Shown: in pieces, positions 11,470-23,374 of the stretch
Numbering within the stretch: the stretch's first letter is position 1
Layout of the letters: every line of letters begins with the position of its first letter
Assembly (NCBI RefSeq): GCF_006345805.1
Contig: NC_042999.1
Span: forward strand, 169,012,001-169,076,000
Direction of reading: 5' to 3'
Source of the DNA: Octopus sinensis
Lineage: Eukaryota
Length of the DNA: 64,000 bases
Position numbers and translations under genes: made by a program
The notes under the pieces: generated by a model
The model's input: only the letters and a program-made list of their open reading frames with translations
Told to the model about the DNA's origin: nothing
Database searches by the model: none

Positions 11470-11846
11470 TAGTAATGCAATACTAGAGTATTGCTTTCCA
11501 GTAAAGAATAGCCCGTGAGGGTAAATTATACATAAAAGTAAATAATTGATACAACGAAGTATCGATATTTACTGGAAAATAGCGAACGTAATAAATAAAG
11601 GTTTTTCATTTTTCAGATGGTCTTCCTGGAGGTAAGACAATTTTTCATGTTTGTTGCACACACACATCTTTACTAGTACATACGCAGTGAAGCTATACAT
11701 TAGCGTCGTATTTATTACGTTCGCTATTTTCCAGTAAATATCGATACTTCGTTGTATCATTTATTTACTTTTATGTATATATATATATATAAATTAGTAA
11801 TGCAATACTAGAGTATTGCTTTCCAGTAAAGAATAGCCCGTGAGGG
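11470..11846. repeat. Direct (52 bp) plus inverted (70 bp) repeat block at the truncated 3' end of a PLE
   Basis: 11470-11521 is identical to 11795-11846. 11528-11597 is the reverse complement of 11709-11778 with one mismatch. Confidence 0.88.
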
Positions 11847-11877
11847 AAAAATATACAAAGAAGTAAATATATTGTGG

Positions 11878-13190
11878 GTGGTGGATTTGCTCTTTGTGAA
11901 TGGTGATTCTTTGACGGAGCAAAATTCCTGTTTGTCCAATATAGAGTTTACCACATCCTATGCATGTCATGACAGAGATTACATTTGCTGAGGCGCAGGT
12001 GAAATTTGATTTGATTTTAAATATTTCTCCTTGTTTGAATTGGAATTCCGAACCCTCCAGAAGGTGGGGGAATGTTCCACAGTTATAACGCCCACATTTT
12101 GTCACTTTTGGCTCAGTTGTTAGTGGGTAAAGTCTAGCGCTGATTAGTATTCTTTTCAGTGACTTCGGTTGCTTTTTGCTTTTTATAATTTTATATGAGC
12201 TTAAAATTTCGTTCATTGTTTTGTCTGCTGTGAGGATGGGAAGGTTTTGGGTGATGATGTTGAAGGCTTCGTTTTTTCTGGGGTTATGTGTGGAGATGTA
12301 CGGGAGTATTTTTAAGTCTTGTTTAGTATTTCGGCTAGTTTTCCTTAATCTTTGTATATCTATTTCCTTAGCTCTTTTGATGCCCTCATTTACTAATGAG
12401 ATTGGGTAATGTCTTTTAGTTAGTGTAGATCTAAGTTCAAGGAGTCTATGTTCCCGGGTGTATGTATCGGAAACTATGGTGCAGATTCTTTTTGCTAGGT
12501 TAAAAGGTATGTTGATTTTTATGTGTTTGGGGTGGCAGGAGTTAAATAATAGGTATTGTTTAGAGTCTGTGGGTTTATAAAAGATGTCTGTTTCTATGTG
12601 GTTGTTAACTATTCTAATTAAGATGTCTAGAAAAGGGAGTTGTTTACTGTTGTGTTCCATAGTGAATTGTATATTGCTGTGTATGTTGTTGAGCATTCTT
12701 TTGAAATCAAGGAGTTGATCCATGCTATCTTGCCAAAGTATGAAGCAATCATCCAAAATCTCTTCCAGTTCTCCTTTAAGTAGCAATTAAAAGAGGCGCC
12801 ATATTTTCTAGTGATGATTGGTATAACTTAAGTTTGTGGTAACCCATTACGAGGTTTGCAATCACTGGAGCAACTCTGGTCCCCATTGCAATTCCGCATT
12901 TCTGTCGATAGTAAGTAGTATTGAACAAGAAATGATTGTTCAACAGGACGAATTTCAGTGCTTCAATTATAAAATTGTGGTTAATGCGTCCTGGGATCTC
13001 TTCTGGGTGTTTTTCTAGCCAAAATATGATTGCTTCTATACCATAGTCGTGTGGGATATTAGTGTATAGATTCACCACATCGAAAGATACCAGTAGAGTT
13101 CCGTCCTTTACTGTCTTCGGCAGGTGGTTCAGCATGTCTAGGTCATCCCTGATATAGCTTTTCACATATTTTAAAAGAAGTTTGAGTAAT
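11878..13190 (-). mobile_element. Penelope-like element: RT plus GIY-YIG endonuclease, truncated at both ends
   Basis: LVSFDVVNLYTNIP, QKCGIAMGTRVAPVIANL, (RY)LDDCFI, IQFT, LPFLDI, YKPTD, SCHPKH, then FTCASANVISVMTCIGCGKLYIGQTG...RITIH. Frameshift at about 12790. Confidence 0.92.
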
Positions 13191-13683
13191 ATGTCGAGAA
13201 TATATATATATATATATATATATTCATGTGTATGTGTATTTTGTTTCATATTTATATTTGCATTTTTATATTTTTATAATTGTACTTTATAATCTCTGAC
13301 GAGGCCTTGAGATATATATATATAAGTAACTCATTTTTAACTGCATATTACCTCAATACATCTGACTAATATAGGCACAATGACATACCTTTATCTACAA
13401 GCTGAAACTGGATTTGGATGTTCTATTTAAGTAATTAATAAATAATATGAATTGGTAATATCTGTAAGTTGATGATTGAAAGGAATCTGTTCCTCCATTT
13501 TCTTATTTGTATTATGAATTGAGATAAAATATTTTACCTTCGCCCATATAATACAATAAATGAATTAATTGCATTGCAATTATAAGCATTTATGTATTTG
13601 CCTTTTGGGTACTTCACCAGCAGTATATTGGATAACTGATATCCCATAGTGGGTTACACTCATAACCCCTATCTCACTTTGTA

Positions 13684-13686
<3 letters not shown>

Positions 13687-13765
<79 letters not shown>

Positions 13766-13884
13766 ACATGTATAAATATGGATATATGTATATATATGTA
13801 TACATGTATATGTATAGCTGTGTATGTATACATATATTTCTATACATATAGATGTATATATGTATACATGTATATGTGTAGATG

Positions 13885-13968
<84 letters not shown>

Positions 13969-14125
13969 ATATATATATACAGATAGATAGATAGATAGAT
14001 AGATACATACATACATACATACATAGATAGATGTACATTTAATATGTACATATACATATACACATATATACATGCATACATATATGCACCCATACACACA
14101 TACACACATACACACACACATACAT
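13687..14125. repeat. Compound microsatellite (TA)n/(TAGA)n/(TACA)n/(CA)n
   Basis: Direct reading. It produces the spurious YIYI ORFs in the track. Confidence 0.95.
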
Positions 14126-14126
14126 A

Positions 14127-14445
14127 GGTGCAGGTATGGCTGTGTGGTAACAAACTTTGTTCCAAAACACATGGTCCTGGGTTCAGTCCCACTGTGTGGT
14201 GACTTGGCATGTGTCTTCTGCTATAGCCTCAGACCAACCAAAGCCTTGTCAGTGGATTTTGTAGACAGAAACTGAACGAAATCAATCATATATATATGTA
14301 TGTATATATGTAAAACTATGTGTGTGTCTTTGTGTTTCTCCCTCATCACTGCTTCACAACTGGTGTTCATTTATTTACATCCCCATAACTTACTGGTTTC
14401 ACAAGAAGAAACTAGTAGAATAAGTACCAGGATTATCAACATAAA
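14127..14445 (+). mobile_element. SINE family S1 (older copy), the only plus-strand S1 copy seen
   Basis: GGTGCAGGTATGGCTGTGTGG...GGGTTCAGTCCCACTG head. Confidence 0.8.
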
Positions 14446-14507
14446 AAAAGCACTAGGCTGTGTCTCATATTTTTGTTTGCCCATTCAGTTGTATCTATCA
14501 ATTTATC

Positions 14508-14553
<46 letters not shown>

Positions 14554-14612
14554 ACACGCACACACACGCACACACACATATATATACATGTATGTATATG
14601 TTCACATTCATA

Positions 14613-16253
14613 TCTATTATATAAAAGTCAATGTTTTTATGTTTGTTTGTGTGTTACTTAGACATTCGAAAACTGCTACACCGATCATAATGAAATTTGG
14701 AACACAAAATCCAAGCCTAGGGAGAAGGGTAATGCTGTGTGTTTCATACAATTTCATGAACCAAAATTACTGAATGGATCTTTATGATATTTGAAACTTA
14801 GATTCAATGCATAAGGGCAAGTGTAATGCAATATGTTTGGTTTGTATTTCAGATGGTTTAAATGGAGCAGTACCCCCATGAAAATTCTTAAATTTTCAAT
14901 GTTGATGAAATTTCAACCATGGGTAATTGACACACATCAAGAAGTATTCTCAAAGTTTCCACTTCACATGAGGATTCTAAGACAACCTAATGGAGGCCTT
15001 AACTCACAAATTTTAGACATTTCTTTATGATCCAAAACTAGGTCAAAAATACTGAATGGATCTTTACGAAATTTGGAAATTATATTCTATGCATAAGGGC
15101 CATAATCCCCATGACAATTCATATATTTTTGCTGTTGATGAAATTTTAACCATAGATACAAATGAAGTATCATTTATAAAATTTCATCTTCTTAGAAGTT
15201 AGAAAGCCCTTTCATGGGGACTTAACACCCACAATTTAGTCATTTTATCTAAGCAAAGATGAATACAGTTGTGCCCTTGGAAGCTGTAGGGTTACCGAGC
15301 ATAAAAGATGAGCATTATTTGTAATTCAATGGTACAGCAGTGTAACAGTTTGCTTTGACATACACTTACATTGTGATTTCTGCAATGTGGTGCATAAATT
15401 CCGTTGCAAAGTGTTGAGTAAAGTTATTTGATTGCAGACCTCCTTTCAGTCTTTTTATTATCACTGGGTCACACATAGTCCCCAGATAGTAACATTGTTT
15501 TCAAGGCCTTCCCAGATGAGTTACTGGTTATTCAAAGACACTTATAGATTGTAAATTTATTCTGTCTAGTTACGTATCAGTATAGTAGTCATTTGCAAAC
15601 TCCAGAGGAGACACTTTCATTTCTCCTTAGCCCTCACGTCACACAGTTGTTAATGTTGATTTCAGTTGGGTCATGCCCTTCCAATTGCTATAGATTCTTA
15701 ATGCATCTTACGGCTGTGCCTGTCACCTGGATGGTGAGGAATCCTACATTGGGAGTTCTTAATGACTAGGGTAGGGTAGCTGACTGCTTATTGTGATCAT
15801 TCATCTTTTGGTTTCCTGTAGCTTTGTTCTCTTTTACAAACCCAGTGAACATATATTTCCTATTTCAAAGAAATTCAAACAATAGATATAAGACCCAAGT
15901 TAAACAGATTCTCAACAATTCATATTCTCTGGTTGACATTAAGGTACCCACCCCCAACAGGGGTCTTAACTCTCACATTTTAGAGCTCCATGACCTTAAT
16001 TTTTCAGGTGCAAAATCCTTTTAACAGGTTCAATAAAACTGGAATTTTGGAATATGCGCATAAAAATCAGTAGTAAGGGATACATGTGGCATGATTACAA
16101 TTTTTTAAGGGTGTGTAAAGAGGGAAATAACCCTCATCTGCAATTTTGATGAAATTCGAAACATAGATATTCCAGTTCATTACAGAAAATATAACAGACA
16201 AGTCTAATTCTTCAATTGTATGTAACACGAGCAACGCTGGGTAACTCTGCTAG
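14613..16253 (+). mobile_element. Non-autonomous Helitron (family D), 1.64 kb, with internal subrepeats
   Basis: Begins A|TCTATTATATAAAAG and ends ACACGAGCAACGCTGGGTAACTCTGCTAG|T. Internal recurring CCCCATGA(A/C)AATTC / GGNCTTAAC motifs. Confidence 0.7.
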
Positions 16254-17444
16254 TATAAAATAAATGTCAGATTGAAATATGTACTGAGGTCAGTATGGTT
16301 AAATAAAAGTTTTGAGGGTGATACCCCATCATGGTGACAGTTGAAAAACTAAGCCCAGTAAAATAATGTTTAAAGACTTAATAACTTCAAATTTAAGGTA
16401 ATGGATTACTAACCACAAGATAATGAGTTCAAACTTCATATTGAACTTCCACTCTCTACGTTAACACTATATGTACATCTCAGTCTACTTGACTTCCAAC
16501 AATTAATAATTGTAATTTGAAGTTGTGTGATTAGTAGTAAGAAAGATGTCCAGATTTCTGTAAAAATTATTGTGCAAAATATTCTGTGAAAAAGTACTTT
16601 TTTGCACCACAGCAAAACATGCACACGCATGCAGAGAGGTGCGTCTGTGGTAACTTGAGCTACTAGAAATAGCAGCCAAATCTCTCTTAAAACACACCCT
16701 TTCAACAATAGAATGATGTAGATTTACAATATTTGAAGAAGAAAAAAACTATGCGATGGGCTACTCTGGGCTAAACAAAACAAAAACATACTTCACATTA
16801 AAAGATTATCTACTAAATGATACTAATAAATTTGATGGTATATTTTCAAAGTTTCATTTCCTGGTAAAATTCCATGTAATTTAAGCATTTTATCATTGTA
16901 CTCTATGTAAGATATAAAAGCTGTTCAGGCAGAGTTGTCTCCCTTAGCTAAAGACCTCAAAATCGTGCGACCCAACCTTATTTTCGAGGTTATTTTTGTA
17001 GTAAAAAAGAGCTGTGCGAAAGCCATACTTTATTTGGTAAGCGAAAGATTTCTGAATCTTTTGACACCTCATATGTCGAAATCAGCATCTCAGTTTTTGA
17101 ATCCATAAAGAACATACACAAACTTTGTTTTATATATTAAGATATATATACAAATATATATACACACATATATGTATGTTTATATATAAATATAAATGAG
17201 AGAGGGAGATTAAGTCCATAATGAGGTTATACCACAATAATATTATGTAATAAAGCAATACCAGCAGCACATATGACAGTAACACAGGTACACAGTGGGT
17301 TAGAGAATTACAGAACCAATCAAATTAATTATTAGGAGAGATATATAGTTTGCTACCAGTAAACATGTAACAGGTTTCAAATAAGTGAACTTAAGTTGAA
17401 ATGTTTGCATTATAGTATTTTCCGCTGGAAGCTCCAATCGAAAT

Positions 17445-17660
17445 ATATTTCTTTACTACCCACAAGGGGCTAAACACAGAGAGGACAAACAAGGACAGAC
17501 AAACGGATTAAGTCGATTACATCGAACCCAGTGCGTAACTGGTACTTAATTTATCGACCCTGAAAGGATGAAAGGCAAAGTTGACCTTGGCGGAATTTGA
17601 ACTCGGAACGTAACGATCGACGAAATACGGCTACGCATTTTGCGACCCGAAATGATAAGG
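17445..17660 (-). mobile_element. SINE family S2
   Basis: TTTCTTTACTACCCACAAGGGGCTAAACACAGA...GGCAAAGTTGACCTTGGCGGAATTTGAACTC. Confidence 0.85.
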
Positions 17661-17751
17661 CTGAGAAACGCTGTTATAGATTATGCCTAACTGAAAACGA
17701 TCACCGCCACATCATCCAAACAGATCTGGTGGAACCGGGCTTAGCTGCTAG

Positions 17752-17779
<28 letters not shown>

Positions 17780-17793
<14 letters not shown>

Positions 17794-18573
17794 GGCAGTT
17801 TGTCTGTCTGTGTGTCTGTGTGTCTGTCAGGTTGTACCCTCACCCTGACCACAGCTTTCAACCGATTCTGATGAAACTTGACACACACATAGCCCAATGT
17901 CATAATTCAAAACTAACGCAGCAAAAATTTTGAAAAGTTCCCCCAGTTCTGAAAAAAAATCGATAAATTCGACATGGGTCGAGAATCTAAGCTTTTTATA
18001 TGCAACACATTTTCTACAGACTATCTGGGGGACGCAACTCGACCTTTTTAACTCTCGGAACACGTGGGGTAAGTATCCCAAAATGTATAAAAATGTACAA
18101 AAACGGCAAAAAAGCGGGCAGCAATGTGAGTGACAACAACGAAAAAGTCAAAAGTGACCAAACTGAACAAACGAATGGAAAAGGTTTTTTGATGCACATG
18201 ACAAAAGCGGTTTATAATAAACCAAGAGTTTGCAAGTAGCGTCCAAGGACCCTTAGGGTACGTCAAAAATTTAAGGTAAAACGTTTGGAGTGGTAGTTAT
18301 AAAGAAAGTGTAAACAAAAAAAGTATTCGAATAACTTGCAGCTGCAGCAGCTATTAGCAGAAGTGGGGTAAAGTCTCGAATGTAATTTCTTCCTGGTAGG
18401 AATTGGTTGGGTTGAATTATCGATAGCTGTTTGATAGTTATTTGGGAGTGAAGAGAAGACATTGCAACCTACACATGCGCCTTCGTTCCCTAGAGGGAAA
18501 GGACTAGATTGGGATTAGTCGTTGCCTACTAGGGGCTCTTACATACCCGGGCAACGCCGGGCTATGCTGCTAG
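17780..18573 (+). mobile_element. Non-autonomous Helitron (family E)
   Basis: Ends CCCGGGCAACGCCGGG hairpin followed by CTATGCTGCTAG|T. Starts TATATAAATGGCAG plus (GTCT)n inside a TA run. A second truncated Helitron-like 3' end sits at 17748-17751. Confidence 0.68.
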
Positions 18574-18594
18574 TATATATATATATAGATATAT

Positions 18595-18711
18595 ATCCTT
18601 TCGGGGTTGATAAATTAAGTACCAGTTCCGCACTGGGGTCGATGTAATCGACTTAATACATATGTCTGTCCTTGTTTGTCTCCTCTGTGTTTGCCCCTGT
18701 GGGTAATAAAG

Positions 18712-18715
<4 letters not shown>
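18595..18715 (+). mobile_element. SINE family S2, 3' half
   Basis: ATCCTTTCGGGGTTGATAAATTAAGTACCAG...GTAATAAAGAAATA. Confidence 0.8.
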
Positions 18716-18755
<40 letters not shown>

Positions 18756-19046
18756 CAATTAAGGACAACTACTTAATAAGGAAAACTTAACAAGAAATGT
18801 CAGGTAGATAGCGTAAAAACCTCATAAGAGAAAAAATTTCGAAAATAATTATTTCTTATTGAACATATTAATTTATATATAGAGGGCATTATACATACAT
18901 GCCAGAAGGCATTATACATACATGCCAAACGCTAAGAGGGACAATTAGTCATTTCTACCAAAAATATTACTAATCCCACCGAATGCAATTTTTCAAAGTA
19001 AGACATTTAAAAAAATATATATATATATATGTATGTATGTATGTAT

Positions 19047-19260
19047 GAAGAACTTAAGCGAGCTGTGCGAAAGTGCACGGCTCGTATAGTGAATGGGGAA
19101 AGCTTGGTCTGCAATGTTTGCAGTCGTGTATACTTGTCAAGAGCAGGGCTCATTAGCCACCAACGGAGCCGCAAATACAAAATATAAGTTAGTCCTAGAG
19201 CGCACAATGTTCCTGAAGGTCGGCAATGGTCTTCCTCAGTCACGAGTGGATGGCCATCAT
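19047..19260 (+). mobile_element. 3' end of a BovB-like RTE LINE (C-terminal C2H2-like motif)
   Basis: Reads ...LVCNVCSRVYLSRAGLISHQRSRKYKI*, then a short UTR ending at a (GTAT)n run. Confidence 0.6.
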
Positions 19261-20149
19261 GTATGTATGTATGTATGTATGTATGTATGTATGTATGTAT
19301 GTATGCATGTGTGTGTCTATATATATATATATATATAAATAATATATAAATATATATGCATACATACACATATATGTACATACATATACTTGTATATACA
19401 TGCATTTATGGGCACAGGACACCACGGAATGTAAGCAACATGAAATAAACATGAAATCCGAAATACAACAACATGGAATATGAAATTTTTATTGCAAACA
19501 ATGAAAGAAACAAACGGAAAACAAAACAAACAATATGAAAAAACAATCTTTCATCAGTATTTCGAGTATGTATGTATATATATACACACACACACACAAA
19601 TGTGTTTGCTTGAGTTTGTGTGCATGATGGCATGTGTGTGTGAATTGTTTGTGTGTGTGTTAGTATTCACTATCATAAACGATCCCGTTCTGATGGCCTG
19701 TAATCTAGCAAGTTGAACCCAATAATTTTGTCTCTGCTATTCTACACTGATAGTTTCCCCATCGCCCCTATTCTTCTTTCTTTCTAGCTTTCTCTAAAGC
19801 TTTATATCTTGTCACACTTTTTCTTTCAATAATCTTAAGCCTAATCTCACCACCTACTTAATACAAATAATTCATTGTAGTTTTATCTGTTGACGGGGTT
19901 TATACCCCCCACCCCAGCCCATATTATATCTGGCTATGCTTTGGTACAGATTCATTCACTTATTCATTGCCAAAATGAGAAGGTCAGCACACATTCCATA
20001 TCTTGATATTTTTTCTGAAGCAAATATTTAATTTTAAGTTTTAATTCACCCAAAGAAAATGTCTTTTTTTTCATGATGCAACTCATCATGAATTCATGCC
20101 CGAAACAGCTGTAGTGAATCTCAACCCATTTGTGTTCTTTCCTTATATC

Positions 20150-20750
20150 TTTTATTTTTATCTTTTACTTGTTTCAGTCAATTAGACTGTAGCCGTGTTG
20201 GGCACCACCTTGAAGAATTTTTAGTTGAATAAATCGCCCCCTGTACTTACCTCTTCTGTTAAGCCTGGTACTTATTCTATCATTCTCTTTTGCCAAACCA
20301 CTAAATTACAGAAATGTAAACATACCAACACCAGTTGTTAAGCAGTGGTGAGGGACAAACACAGACACAAAGATGCATACACATAAATATATACATAGAT
20401 AGATAGATATACGATGGGCTTCTTTCAATTTCCATTTATCAAATCCACTCACAAGGAACAGATGATGAAATTTTGGTAGTGATCCAGGAATTTTATGTTA
20501 CGGGGACGTAAACACACCACCATCAGTTGTCATGCGATGTTGGGGGGTCAAACACAGACACATAAACATACACACATACATATATTCGACGGGCTTCTTT
20601 CAGTTTCCGCCTACCAAATCTACTCACAAGGCTTTGGTCGGCCCGAGGCCATAGTAGAAGACACTTGCTCCAGGTGCCACGCAGTGGGACTGAATCCGGA
20701 ACCATGCATATGGTAAGCAAGCTACTGACCACACAGCCGCTCCTACACCT
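20150..20750 (-). mobile_element. Two adjacent S1-family SINE copies (about 20150-20460 older, about 20490-20750 head-containing)
   Basis: Both match S1 body segments. The head ends at ...CACACAGCCGCTCCTACACC near 20748. Confidence 0.78.
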
Positions 20751-21067
20751 TACAATGTTACATTGTTTGAGTATCTCCCTTGAAAATACGTTCATCATTT
20801 CCATGTAACCTATGGTAGCGTTGCTATTTCCAAAGTTTATTTTCGTTTCTCTGTTAGTAATTTTACTCACATATCTATCTTAAAATGAGCTTGGCAGAGG
20901 TCTGCACTCTCCGAGTACTTTTCTAGTTCTTAAGTTTCCAATATTTCAAGACATTGGAAAACATCAGCAAGACCAAACTACATATAACAACAAAACTGAG
21001 CTGTGTGCAGCTGATTGACCATTATATCAATGCTATATTGTACATGCAATGCAACTCTCCATATACA

Positions 21068-21346
21068 TGTAGTGAGTGCACGATTTGAATATAGAGGCAC
21101 CTACCTTCTCTTCTTAGTGACGGAGACCCTCCAGTGATGACTAGTCCTTCCTCACAGCCCCGACCCGAACACTAACGATAGCAGCTGCTAGCCCAAACCC
21201 TTAGCGACGTCCTCACACGTCTTGTCCTCTGCACGACCCACGTTGGAAAGGGCACAATTTAGGCTCCCTGCGCACGCCTGACGGCTGACCCCTTTCGCTT
21301 GCCCCAGCTTCCGGTCAACGCACCCGGCTGCTGACGTCATCCCACA
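21068..21346. mobile_element. Solo LTR (279 bp) with a 5-bp target-site duplication
   Basis: Starts TGTAG and ends CCACA. ATACA lies at 21063-21067 and again at 21347-21351. GC and CpG content are much higher than in the flanks. Confidence 0.8.
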
Positions 21347-21569
21347 ATACATACACTTCAGTGCAGAAAAGAGGTTTGCAGCACAGAATTACCAAAGATT
21401 TCCTGGAGAAAGGATCCTAACCCCAAAATGTCAAAATACAAGATAAAAATAAAAACCATTTACTTAAATTATTAATTACAAGCAGAGGTACCCGCCATTC
21501 CCCAGCATAACCCTCAATGGAGTAATCATTCAAATGAATCGAAAAACTTCTGTCAAACACGACTATAGA

Positions 21570-21980
21570 AATAACAATTAACAGGTGTTGGCCCTAAAGA
21601 GGGCCTTTGAACGTTCCCTATGAAATATCTCTGCAGTAGTGCTGCCAGAATACATGAATCCAATGGTAACAATTTAATCTTGCTGGTGCTGAAGAGAGCC
21701 TTGTATTGTTTACTCTTAAGAGTCTCAGTGGTGGTGCTGCCAGCAAAGACAAATCCAGTGATAACAATTTATAGTTGGTGGCCCTGAAGAGGACCTTTTA
21801 ATGTTCACTTTGAATTATTTCAGCAGCGGTGCTGCCAGCAAAGATGAATCTGATGGTAACAATTTAAACTTGGTGGCCCTGAAGAGGGCCTTGGATCATT
21901 TACTCTTAAGAGTCCCAGCTGCAGAGCTGTCAGCAAAGACAATTCCGATTAGAGATGGTAGCCCTTAAGAAGTCCTTCAC
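21570..21980 (-). repeat. Tandem array of five ~95-bp units, each with a histone-3'-stem-loop-like hairpin
   Basis: 16-nt hairpins start at 21590, 21685, 21780, 21875 and 21960. Minus-strand reading of unit 4 is AAGGCCCT-CTTC-AGGGCCACCA. Units 1/3 and 2/4 are more alike, giving a 190-bp dimer. Confidence 0.85.
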
Positions 21981-22151
21981 ATCACTTTGGTGTGTCATAT
22001 TTGCTTTGCTTGTTATTTGAAATTGTAACCTAGAAAAGCATGGTAAGATCATGCTGGAATGTCAGAAAAATGTGTAAATAAGATGTAGCCAAAAGTGGAC
22101 TAATTAAGTTAAAACTACAGTCTCATGCATATAGTTGCATATCTAGACATA

Positions 22152-22552
22152 CTCTTTTACTCTTTTACTCTTTTACTTGTTTCAGTCATTTGACTGCGGC
22201 CATGCTGGAACACTGCCTTTAGTCGATCAAATCGACCCCGGAACTTATTCTTTGTAAGCCCAGTACTTATTCTATCGGTATCTTTTGCCGAACCGCTAAG
22301 TGGTGGGGACGTAGACACACCAGCATCGGTTGTCAAGCAATGCTAGGGGGACAAACACACACATACATATATATATATATACATATATACGACAGGCTTC
22401 TTTCAGTTTCCATCTACCAAATCCACTCACAAGGCATTGGTCGGCCCGAGGCTATAGCAGAAGACACTTGCCCAAGATGCCACGCAGTGGGACTGAACCC
22501 GCAACCATGTGGTTGGTTAGCAAGCTACTTACCACACAGCCACTCCTGCGCC
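22152..22552 (-). mobile_element. SINE family S1, full length
   Basis: Complete head-to-tail match to the other copies. Confidence 0.9.
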
Positions 22553-22666
22553 TATATGTTCATATATATTTCAAGGATAAACTTCTGGAAAGTTTTACAG
22601 ATCTTGTACAGTTCCAGTGATGGATTGGATATGTAGTCTTCGAATTAGCTTTCTCCTTTCTGTTTT

Positions 22667-22805
22667 TCAGAAGCTTAATTTCTCAAGATTGGTATTTAGG
22701 CAGTGTGTTACATATCTCAAGGCCCCAATAATAACAGGTATGAACCTAAACTTGTAATCTGGATAGAGTAACTGCAGATTTCTCAATAGTTCAGCGTAGG
22801 TAGCA
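22667..22805 (-). mobile_element. Fragment of a restriction-like-endonuclease (R2/NeSL/R4-group) non-LTR retrotransposon C-terminus
   Basis: TYAELLRNLQLLYPDYKFRFIPVIIGALRYVTHCLNTNLEKLSF fits the KY..L.......P...GALG....L...L..L pattern of REL elements. Confidence 0.6.
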
Positions 22806-22857
22806 AGTATGTATATATATGCATGTATATATGCATGCATGTATGTATGTTTGTATG

Positions 22858-22896
<39 letters not shown>

Positions 22897-23374
22897 GTAA
22901 AAGATGCAAGGAGTGACTCAAACTAATAGGTATGCACTTTGAGTGCTCAATTTGGTATGCCACTAGAATTCCAGTTTCAACTGCAGTTGAAGATTTGATT
23001 TTGTGATTGCTTTTCTAAAGTGGCTAGAAGTTGCTTCCCTTTGAGCCAGTAGGTATAGATTAAAACAGAAATAAAAAAGCAAATGGTTTGACAAAACTTG
23101 ACACGGCTATTTAATTTAGCTATATAACAAAAAGGTATACATAGTCTCTAACAGCTGTTTCTTGAATATACCAGCTACTGGAACATTGTTTCAAGTGAAG
23201 ATTCCATTGCTGAGTATTCCGTCATCAGAGAGGGAGAGGTCAAATAGATGTAACAGAGGAGGAAGATTACTCATCAATGATATTATCGTAGTGCATTTTG
23301 TTACAAAAGAAATTGCAATGAATTTCAGTTAAAAATCCAATTTTCATTTATCTTTCCACTGTTGCCTCTACTAT

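Noticed and set aside
13290-13420. CTGACGAGGCC...GAAAC near the 5' side of the PLE, suggesting a hammerhead ribozyme (known in PLE pseudo-LTRs)
   Set aside because: The two core halves are about 100 nt apart and I could not form stems I and III. At best a decayed remnant.
13674-14210. Long ORFs rich in YIYI/CVCV/THTH (also 19007-19405, 2855-3274 and many short ones)
   Set aside because: Translations of TA/CA microsatellites and SINE bodies.
21570-21980. Reading the 95-bp array as a CRISPR array or as a plus-strand protein repeat (…LVALKRAL…)
   Set aside because: The context is eukaryotic with no cas genes, and the spacers are homologous to each other. The period is not a multiple of 3, so the frame shifts between units.
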